DNA of 8,652 bases from a virus (Duplodnaviria; Heunggongvirae; Uroviricota; Caudoviricetes): positions 1-8,652 of IMG/VR virus record IMGVR_UViG_648276657_000002, one strand, 5' to 3'. Positions 1-5,569 of the stretch are shown in pieces; position 1 is the stretch's first letter, and every line of letters begins with the position of its first letter. A program made the translations under genes and the position numbers. The notes below the pieces were generated by a model, which was not told the DNA's origin, searched no databases, and saw nothing but the letters and a program-made list of their open reading frames with translations.

Positions 1-30
1 AAAAAAAAAAAAACCCCCGGGGGGGGGGGG
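1..30. repeat. Homopolymer block A13-C5-G12 at the window edge; likely an assembly, tailing or engineered-junction artifact rather than native phage sequence
   Basis: Direct reading: 13 A, 5 C and 12 G in succession. On the minus strand this reads C12-G5-T13 directly after the stop of the 56..286 gene. Confidence 0.5.
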
Positions 31-55
31 TTCTACAGAGGGTTGTAGCTGGATA

Positions 56-286
56 TCATGAGTAGAAGAAGTATGCCAGTTCTGCTTTTGAGCGCAGCCA
101 TTGTCTTGTTTTACAGGCTTTAAAAAGCCCATTCATCAATACTTTACCTGGCATTTTGCGCTTACCTGTTAAGTGAGTCTGGATATAGTGACTCGTCGTT
201 CCGGCTTCCTGTGCGAAGGCTTCACGCTCATCCGGAGTAAGTGCAAGCCAGTGCTTTTTGAAATCGAAATGTCCGTTATCGCTCAT
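56..286 (-). CDS. Cro-like small HTH DNA-binding regulator (Cro/CI-type HTH), transcribed divergently from the repressor candidate
   Basis: 76-aa ORF. The segment AQEAGTTSHYIQTHLTGKRKMP resembles the Cro/YdaS-type helix-turn-helix (compare lambda Cro QSAINKAIHAGRK). It sits opposite the operator cluster and the repressor candidate, as cro does in lambda. No homology search was run. Confidence 0.5.
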   Translation of the reverse strand: MSDNGHFDFKKHWLALTPDEREAFAQEAGTTSHYIQTHLTGKRKMPGKVLMNGLFKACKTRQWLRSKAELAYFFYS

Positions 287-311
287 AGCTATTGCCTGAT
301 ATTTATTTCAG

Positions 312-340
312 ATAATAAATATTCACCCATAAGGTAACAA
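312..340 (-). promoter_or_regulatory. Candidate sigma70 promoter for the Cro-like gene (pR analogue): -35 TTGTTA (reverse complement of 335..340), 17-bp spacer, -10 TATTAT (reverse complement of 312..317)
   Basis: Hexamers read on the minus strand with 17-bp spacing; an operator-like palindrome at 323..337 lies between the -35 and -10. Confidence 0.4.
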
Positions 341-385
341 AAATCAAGGATAGTTACCCATGAGGTGCATTTACCTGTTGGGTAA
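323..385. promoter_or_regulatory. Operator cluster (OR analogue): three 15-bp palindromes of type TTACC-N5-GGTAA at 323..337 (TCACCcataaGGTAA), 354..368 (TTACCcatgaGGTGC) and 371..385 (TTACCtgttgGGTAA)
   Basis: Inverted-repeat half-sites with a fixed 5-bp spacer, found between the divergent Cro-like and repressor genes; the same motif recurs at 1083..1097 and 1145..1159. Confidence 0.55.
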
Positions 386-398
386 TATTGCTTTAAAT

Positions 399-417
399 TG
401 AATCATCTTCTGATTCA
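399..417. promoter_or_regulatory. Perfect 7-5-7 palindrome TGAATCA-tcttc-TGATTCA just upstream of the repressor start; candidate binding site for a second regulator or an RNA hairpin
   Basis: Exact inverted repeat read directly; its half-site sequence differs from the TTACC/GGTAA operators. Confidence 0.35.
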
Positions 418-440
418 GATATGAGGCGATTTTCCAGAAA

Positions 441-1025
441 ATGAAAAGTATCCAGGACGTCCGCAGGCAAAATCTCAACGACTTGATCGACCGTGAATTC
501 AATGGTGTTCAGACGCGGATGGCAGAAAAACTTGGAACTCAGGCAAATCTGGTAAACCGCTGGGCTCTTGGCAAAAAGGTTATCGGCGACCAGGTTGCGC
601 GAAAAATTGAAGCTGCCGCCAATAAACCCCGTAACTGGCTTGATATCGATCGCTCGCTTTCTCAGGAGGGGTTTCAGCCTGTCGGCCCAAGCGACATTGG
701 TCAGCTGGCGGCTCACAACCTGGAACGCTGGATGAGCGAAAGCCGCGACCTTTCAACTCAGGGAAAACTTCACCGCGCATCCGGCGTCGCCCAGGTGACA
801 ATCAGCCGCCTGTTAAACAATGAGGTCAGCGTTTCCATTTCCACCCTGGAGAATGTTGCATCCGCATTCGGGCGTCACGGCTATGAATTACTGATTCACC
901 CGCACGACCCTGCGACTATCAACTATGACCGCTCGCGCTACGCATTGTTACCCGAAACAGAGAAGGCAAAGATCGAAAGTTACATTGAATTTGTCATCAG
1001 CCAGAACGAAAAAAACAAACAATAA
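441..1025 (+). CDS. Prophage repressor candidate (CI analogue): tandem XRE-type HTH protein with no recognisable S24/LexA-like peptidase domain
   Basis: 194-aa ORF. N-terminal HTH region (QTRMAEKLGTQANLVNRWALGKK ... ARKIEAAANKPRNWLD) is typical of phage repressor HTH_XRE domains, and a second HTH-like segment follows (GVAQVTISRLLNNEVSVSISTLENVASAFG). It is flanked by operator palindromes and followed by an intrinsic terminator, matching the lambda cI position. I see no peptidase-type motif. Confidence 0.6.
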   Translation: MKSIQDVRRQNLNDLIDREFNGVQTRMAEKLGTQANLVNRWALGKKVIGDQVARKIEAAANKPRNWLDIDRSLSQEGFQPVGPSDIGQLAAHNLERWMSESRDLSTQGKLHRASGVAQVTISRLLNNEVSVSISTLENVASAFGRHGYELLIHPHDPATINYDRSRYALLPETEKAKIESYIEFVISQNEKNKQ

Positions 1026-1045
1026 AATCATATTTTTCAGTAAGT

Positions 1046-1071
1046 AAGCCGCCTTCTGGCGGCTTTTTTAT
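1046..1071 (+). terminator. Rho-independent terminator after the repressor gene: 8-bp stem AAGCCGCC/GGCGGCTT, loop TTCT, then a T-run
   Basis: Hairpin plus T6 tract read directly, about 20 nt past the 441..1025 stop codon. Confidence 0.75.
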
Positions 1072-1082
1072 TGCCTGTGCGA

Positions 1083-1159
1083 TTACCTAATGGGTAATTT
1101 TTTTAACTCATATCTATTGACATCAAACCAAATACGCATAATTATTACCTCAACGGTAA
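1083..1159 (+). promoter_or_regulatory. Early-operon promoter (pL analogue) with two operator palindromes (OL analogue): TTACCtaatgGGTAA at 1083..1097, -35 TTGACA at 1117..1122, weak -10 near 1140..1145, TTACCtcaacGGTAA at 1145..1159
   Basis: Perfect -35 consensus hexamer; the operator motif matches the OR sites exactly; one site overlaps the -10 region, consistent with repression of the early operon. Confidence 0.5.
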
Positions 1160-1178
1160 CAGACCGAGGTAACAAGTT

Positions 1179-1331
1179 ATGCAGTGGAAAATCATCAACG
1201 GTTGGTACTGCGTTACTGCATGCGGATTCATGAGCTGGAAGTTCCGCACCTTACAGGAAGGCATCAAGTGGGCTTTCGTCAGCAAAGAAGCTCGCGATGT
1301 GGCCAACGATAACGAGATATGGGAGGGCTGA
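1179..1331 (+). CDS. Small hypothetical protein (50 aa), first ORF of the early operon; not in the supplied ORF track (below its length cutoff)
   Basis: ATG at 1179 with a GAGGT Shine-Dalgarno about 8 nt upstream; translation MQWKIINGWYCVTACGFMSWKFRTLQEGIKWAFVSKEARDVANDNEIWEG; TGA stop at 1329..1331, 2 nt before the next start. No family recognised. Confidence 0.35.
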   Translation: MQWKIINGWYCVTACGFMSWKFRTLQEGIKWAFVSKEARDVANDNEIWEG

Positions 1332-1333
1332 TA

Positions 1334-1633
1334 ATGAACGTTAATCAGCAGAAAAATCTTCAAAAAATCATGCTGGCATTCGACAAGGACTACCGCCTGT
1401 CAGAACAGCTATATGACCGACAAGTTGAACTGATTGAGAGCATCCGACTTCATCAACTGTCCTCAACTTTCGACGTTGTAACAGGCAAAGGCGTTCGTCA
1501 GGAAGTGCTGGAAGCTGCTAAAGACAGCCCTGAGTTCGAAGAACTGATGGATGCCTACCGGCGCGAGGCAATGGCGATTATCGCCCGCTGGGATCTGGCG
1601 GATCAGCTTGATGGGCAGAGGGACGCGGCATGA
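1334..1633 (+). CDS. Hypothetical phage early protein (99 aa), translationally coupled to the downstream exonuclease
   Basis: The track ORF 1319..1633 is trimmed to the ATG at 1334, which has a GGGAGGG Shine-Dalgarno 7 nt upstream. Its stop TGA (1631..1633) overlaps the exonuclease ATG (1630). No family recognised. Confidence 0.55.
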   Translation: MNVNQQKNLQKIMLAFDKDYRLSEQLYDRQVELIESIRLHQLSSTFDVVTGKGVRQEVLEAAKDSPEFEELMDAYRREAMAIIARWDLADQLDGQRDAA

Positions 1634-2529
1634 TGCGGAACGCTGGAATCATGGATAGAACAAAATACATCGGAGGAAGCGATGTTGCAGGGATTCTTGG
1701 AATTAGCCCATGGCGCACCCCGCTTGAGGTTTATCTGGATAAGGTCCAGCCACGTGTCAAACCAGTAGACCCAAGCAAGCAGAAAGTTTTCACGCGTGGC
1801 CAGCGTATGGAGCCATACGTAATAGACCTGCTTTCTGAGGAAACAGGGATGGAAATCGTTCATCGCGGAAACCGCTATATCCACCGTGATTACGATTTTA
1901 TTGCAGCTGAGATCGATGCAGAAGCAGCGTCAGGCGAGAACATTGAGATCAAAACAGTTAGTCCGTTCAAAGCCAAAGAATGGGGAGAAATCCAGACAGA
2001 TGCAATTCCTGTGCATTACACGGCCCAGGCCATGCACGGGTTGATGGTTACAAACAAACAGGTATGCGTTTTCGGTGTGCTTATCGGTGGCGACGACTTC
2101 CGAATCTATCGGGTTGAGCGTGATGAAGAAACTATCCAGGCGATCTTAGAAAAAGAAATCGCTTTCTGGGACCGAGTGAAAAATCTTAACCCGCCGGAAG
2201 CTACCAGCGTAAGCGATGTATCGCTGATGTTTGAGAAAGATGCCGGGACAAGTATCGAGGTTGACGGAAAGGCACTCGCACTATTCAACGATCTACGAGA
2301 CATGAAGTCACGCAGAAAATCACTGGAAGAAGAAATAGCTATATCAGAAGAGAAGCTGAAGATGTACATGCAAGAGCACTCAGTCCTGACCCTGGACGGA
2401 AAGCCGCTCTGCACATGGAAATCTCAGATCAGCAACAGATTCGACCAGAAGCTATTCCAGTCAGTACACCCTGAGTTATTCGAAAAATTCAAAACAACAA
2501 CGACACAACGCGTCTTCAGAATGAAGTAA
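1630..2529 (+). CDS. YqaJ-type viral recombinase exonuclease (lambda Exo-like PD-(D/E)XK alkaline exonuclease), partner of RecT
   Basis: 299-aa ORF with the N-terminal YIGGSDVAGILGISPWRTPLEVY segment typical of YqaJ-family exonucleases; sits immediately upstream of recT. The start could instead be the ATG at 1633 or 1651. Confidence 0.8.
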   Translation: MMRNAGIMDRTKYIGGSDVAGILGISPWRTPLEVYLDKVQPRVKPVDPSKQKVFTRGQRMEPYVIDLLSEETGMEIVHRGNRYIHRDYDFIAAEIDAEAASGENIEIKTVSPFKAKEWGEIQTDAIPVHYTAQAMHGLMVTNKQVCVFGVLIGGDDFRIYRVERDEETIQAILEKEIAFWDRVKNLNPPEATSVSDVSLMFEKDAGTSIEVDGKALALFNDLRDMKSRRKSLEEEIAISEEKLKMYMQEHSVLTLDGKPLCTWKSQISNRFDQKLFQSVHPELFEKFKTTTTQRVFRMK

Positions 2530-2538
2530 GGAGAAAAA

Positions 2539-3561
2539 ATGTCTATCAATGCACTTAAGGCAGCGGCTACCGGTAACCAAGTTGCACATCATAATGAGAA
2601 ACCAACAACTCTGGCCGGACTTCTGGCAGACCCAAAAATAAAAGCCCAGATGGCTTTGGCACTTCCAAAGCACATGACAGCAGACCGTCTGGCGCGCATA
2701 GCAACCACAGAGATCCGAAAGGTTCCAAAACTTGCATCATGCGACCAAGCCAGCTTCCTGGGGGCAATTATGCAATGTGCCCAATTGGGTCTTGAACCAG
2801 GTGGAGCTCTTGGACACGCTTACCTGATACCGTTCGACAAACGCCAGAAAGTAAATGGAAGATGGGAAACCGTATCTACAGAAGCACAGCTGATTATCGG
2901 CTATCGCGGAATGATTGACCTTGCCCGCCGCTCTGGGCAGATCCTGAGTATCTCGGCTCGTACCGTACATACAAACGACAAATTCAGCTACTCATACGGC
3001 CTGGAAGAAACGCTCGAGCATTTACCTTGCGAAACAGGTGACCGCGGAGAATTAACGCACGTTTACGCCGTTGCACGACTGAAAGATGGCGGAGTCCAAT
3101 TTGAAGTTATGAGCCGGGCAGACGTTGAGAAAGTTCGTGCACTGAGCAAAGCCGGTAGCAGTGGCCCATGGGTTGATCACTTCGATGAGATGGCTAAAAA
3201 AACAGTAATTCGCCGACTGTTCAAATATCTTCCTGTTTCTATTGAGATGCAGAAGGCTGTTGTTATGGATGAGCGCGCTGAAGCTGGACTTAGCCAAGAT
3301 AACGCAGCTGTTATCACTGGTGAATATTCCGTAGTTGACGATGAGCGTCAACACCTATCGCCAATTTCAGATTCAGAACGAGAAGAAGCTCGAGAATATA
3401 TCATCGCGATACTTAATAGCCTGGATCCATCTGCTGAAGATGCAAAAACGATGTTCAAGCGCGCTGAAAATGAAATTAACACCATGGCTGAAAAGCTCGG
3501 TGATGAATATCACCAAAAATTCATGATGACGCTTAACGATATGCGTCCAGAATTCGAGTAA
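2539..3561 (+). CDS. recT: RecT-family single-strand annealing recombinase
   Basis: 340-aa ORF with long stretches matching E. coli Rac RecT as I recall it (LPKHMTADRLARIATTEIRKVP, LGLEPGGALGHAYLIPF, LIIGYRGMIDLARRSGQI, HVYAVARLKDGGVQFEVM, GPWVDHFDEMAKKTVIRRLFKYLPVSIEMQKAV). Strong AAGGAG RBS upstream. Confidence 0.92.
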   Translation: MSINALKAAATGNQVAHHNEKPTTLAGLLADPKIKAQMALALPKHMTADRLARIATTEIRKVPKLASCDQASFLGAIMQCAQLGLEPGGALGHAYLIPFDKRQKVNGRWETVSTEAQLIIGYRGMIDLARRSGQILSISARTVHTNDKFSYSYGLEETLEHLPCETGDRGELTHVYAVARLKDGGVQFEVMSRADVEKVRALSKAGSSGPWVDHFDEMAKKTVIRRLFKYLPVSIEMQKAVVMDERAEAGLSQDNAAVITGEYSVVDDERQHLSPISDSEREEAREYIIAILNSLDPSAEDAKTMFKRAENEINTMAEKLGDEYHQKFMMTLNDMRPEFE

Positions 3562-3569
3562 CCACCACC

Positions 3570-3588
3570 GCGGCGCCACGCGCGCCGC
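3570..3588 (+). other. GC-only hairpin (7-bp stem GCGGCGC/GCGCCGC, 5-nt loop) in the recT-alpA intergenic region, with no following T-tract
   Basis: Read directly; it lacks the U-run of a canonical intrinsic terminator. Confidence 0.4.
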
Positions 3589-3610
3589 ACTGCAACCAAG
3601 AGAGGTATTT

Positions 3611-3859
3611 ATGAAAGGTGCATTAGGTAAGAAGGAACTCCTGGCGGTGGTGCCACTGTCATGGAGCACTATCGACCGCATGGAGCGCACAGGGGAATTT
3701 CCTAAGCGCTGGTATATCACTGACAAACGCTGCGCATGGAACCGTGATGAAGTTGAGCGTTGGCTTGATGAACGTCAGGCAGCAAGCCCGGCAGAGTTCC
3801 AGGGTAAAAAGCCTCCTGTTCAGCAACGTGTATATCGTCCTGTGAGCAACGCTGCATGA
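3611..3859 (+). CDS. AlpA-family phage regulatory protein (excisionase-like winged HTH)
   Basis: 82-aa ORF; KKELLAVVPLSWSTIDRMERTGEFPKRWYITDKRCAWNRDEVERWLDER matches the AlpA/Xis-type pattern (compare LPEV..LTGLSRSTIYRL...G.FP.P..LG.R...W...EV..W); AGAGAGG RBS upstream. Confidence 0.7.
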   Translation: MKGALGKKELLAVVPLSWSTIDRMERTGEFPKRWYITDKRCAWNRDEVERWLDERQAASPAEFQGKKPPVQQRVYRPVSNAA

Positions 3860-4016
3860 GTGTGCTGCTAAGGCACTGGAGCAAATGGTCAGGATGGTAC
3901 TTATTCCTGGCCTCTGTTTCAGCATGGCTTTATCTGCTGGCATTAATTTTCAGAGAGGGTTGGATTAAGTGAGAAAGTTAAGCCGACTTGAAAAATATCA
4001 CATGAACAAGGTTTCA

Positions 4017-4268
4017 ATGCGCAGTCCGTCAAAGATTGTCGCCGTTACTCCTGCGGCGATAGAGATCGAAAAACGCGCGATTGAAAGAGAGAAAAAAGGG
4101 CAGTTCCGCATTGCCGCCCACCTTTGGCTTCAGTGTATGGATGTTGCTTCTGGTGATGTTGAGCGTGCAAGGATCGCGGTTCGCAGGGACCAATGTATCA
4201 CAAAAGGTAACGGCCTTCGCCGTGGCGACTATAGCGGTATAGGATGTTGCGGGGTAGTTTATGACTAA
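4017..4268 (+). CDS. PerC/ANR-like small transcriptional regulator candidate; the track ORF starts at GTG 3969, and the true start is uncertain (ATG 4002 or 4017)
   Basis: The segment EKKGQFRIAAHLWLQCMDVASGDVERARIAVRRDQC resembles the PerC/Pch pattern (G.WRRAA.RW.DV ... RR..C), recalled from memory and not searched. An AAGG motif lies 7 nt before ATG 4017. Confidence 0.45.
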   Translation: MRSPSKIVAVTPAAIEIEKRAIEREKKGQFRIAAHLWLQCMDVASGDVERARIAVRRDQCITKGNGLRRGDYSGIGCCGVVYD

Positions 4269-4911
4269 GAAATACACACTAATCTATGCAGATCCACCCT
4301 GGGTATACCGGGACAAAGCCGCAGATGGTAATCGCGGTGCCGGTTTTAAATATCCGGTTATGAGTGTGATGGATATCTGCCGCCTTCCTGTGTGGGATTT
4401 GGCCGATGAAAACTGTCTGTTGGCAATGTGGTGGGTGCCAACACAACCACTCGAAGCGCTAAAAGTTGTTGAAGCCTGGGGATTCCGTCTGATGACCATG
4501 AAGGGCTTCACGTGGATAAAATGTGGTAGTCGACAACCAGATAAACTGGTTATGGGTATGGGACACATGACTCGCGCCAATAGTGAAGATTGCCTGTTTG
4601 CAGTAAAGGGAAAACTACCTCCGCGCATTAATGCAGGGATCGTTCAGTCATTTACCGCACCGCGGCTTGAGCATTCAAGAAAACCAGATGTCGTTCGTGA
4701 AAAACTTGTGCAATTGTTAGGCGATGTTTCTCGCATTGAACTGTTCGCCCGCCAGTCGTCTCATGGCTTCGATGTTTGGGGTAATCAGTGCAAAGACCCG
4801 GCGGTGCAACTACACCCAGGATACGCGTTGGATATTGGCGGATTAACAAATGCATTCAGCAATTCTCCGCTTTCACCAACAGACAACCAAGGCCGGGAGC
4901 GTGCAGCATGA
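4261..4911 (+). CDS. MT-A70-family DNA N6-adenine methyltransferase (orphan phage methyltransferase)
   Basis: 216-aa ORF with the DPPW catalytic motif in context IYADPPWVY near the N-terminus. The start overlaps the upstream stop by 8 nt, and the stop TGA overlaps the next ATG. Confidence 0.8.
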   Translation: MTKKYTLIYADPPWVYRDKAADGNRGAGFKYPVMSVMDICRLPVWDLADENCLLAMWWVPTQPLEALKVVEAWGFRLMTMKGFTWIKCGSRQPDKLVMGMGHMTRANSEDCLFAVKGKLPPRINAGIVQSFTAPRLEHSRKPDVVREKLVQLLGDVSRIELFARQSSHGFDVWGNQCKDPAVQLHPGYALDIGGLTNAFSNSPLSPTDNQGRERAA

Positions 4912-5567
4912 ACCTATATCAACGCATCAATGGCGCTGACTGGTGCAATATCTTCGTCGTCGGCGATCTGCATGGGTGCTACACGCTGCTGATGAACGAA
5001 CTCGACAAAGTTTCATTCGACCCGGCGCGCGATTTGCTTATTTCCGTTGGTGACCTTGTTGACCGCGGCGCTGAAAACGTCGAATGCCTAGATTTGATTA
5101 CTATGCCGTGGTTCCGAGCTGTTCGTGGCAACCATGAGCAGATGATGCTGGATGCACTGGTCAACGGCGGAAATTTCGGACATTGGATGTCAAACGGCGG
5201 TGGATGGTGGCACCAACTTGATTCTGAGCAGGATGTGCAACTCAAATACCTTCTGCCAAAGATTACCAACCTCCCGATGATTATCGAACTGGTTACCGGC
5301 AATAAGAAGGTCGTCATCTGCCACGCAGACTACCCGCACAACGAATACGCATTCAATAAGCCAGTACCAGAAGAAATGGTGATATGGAATCGTGAGCGGG
5401 TTAGCGACGCGCAGGACGGTATTGTCTCGGAGATAACCGGTGCCGATTTGTTCATCTTCGGTCATACGCCAGCACATCACCCACTGGTGTATGCAAACCA
5501 GATGTACATCGACACAGGGGCAGTGTTCTGCGGAAATCTGACGCTTACCAAAGTCCAAGAAAGATAG
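4908..5567 (+). CDS. Lambda-type Ser/Thr protein phosphatase (calcineurin-like metallophosphatase, PrpA/PrpB / lambda ORF221 family)
   Basis: Metallophosphatase motifs GDLHG, GDLVDRG and GNHE, with an N-terminus ([12 protein letters not shown]) resembling E. coli PrpA. Start placed at the ATG at 4908 (ATGA overlap with the methyltransferase stop) rather than the track start at 4788. Confidence 0.85.
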   Translation: MNLYQRINGADWCNIFVVGDLHGCYTLLMNELDKVSFDPARDLLISVGDLVDRGAENVECLDLITMPWFRAVRGNHEQMMLDALVNGGNFGHWMSNGGGWWHQLDSEQDVQLKYLLPKITNLPMIIELVTGNKKVVICHADYPHNEYAFNKPVPEEMVIWNRERVSDAQDGIVSEITGADLFIFGHTPAHHPLVYANQMYIDTGAVFCGNLTLTKVQER

Positions 5568-5569
5568 AA

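Noticed and set aside
393-801. Minus-strand ORFs 393..716 and 580..801 from the ORF track
   Set aside because: They lie antisense within the operator region and the repressor gene, have no motifs or plausible start context, and the plus-strand HTH repressor explains the region.
1179-1331. Calling the first early-operon ORF an N-type antiterminator
   Set aside because: Position fits, but the peptide lacks the arginine-rich RNA-binding motif of N proteins, and no nut-like boxA/boxB hairpin was recognised; left as a hypothetical small protein.
1145-1884. Minus-strand ORFs 1145..1363 and 1603..1884
   Set aside because: Antisense to the early operon genes; Cys/His-rich low-complexity translations typical of spurious antisense frames.
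2106-3726. Minus-strand and internal ORFs overlapping the exonuclease and recT (2106..2414, 2476..2673, 2567..2767, 2737..2970, 3052..3354, 3335..3526, 3373..3726)
   Set aside because: All are embedded in well-supported exonuclease and RecT frames; no independent support.
3611-3859. Calling the AlpA-like gene the excisionase (Xis) of this integrase
   Set aside because: AlpA-family proteins can act as excisionase-like regulators, but this gene is three genes away from int and on the opposite strand; the role is plausible but unproven, so the generic family call was kept.
3659-4855. Minus-strand ORFs 3659..3943, 4029..4277, 4284..4628 and 4652..4855
   Set aside because: Antisense to the AlpA-like, PerC-like and methyltransferase frames, which carry recognisable motifs; no start or RBS support.
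4979-5558. Minus-strand ORFs 4979..5317 and 5190..5558 inside the phosphatase gene
   Set aside because: Antisense to a frame carrying the full set of metallophosphatase motifs.
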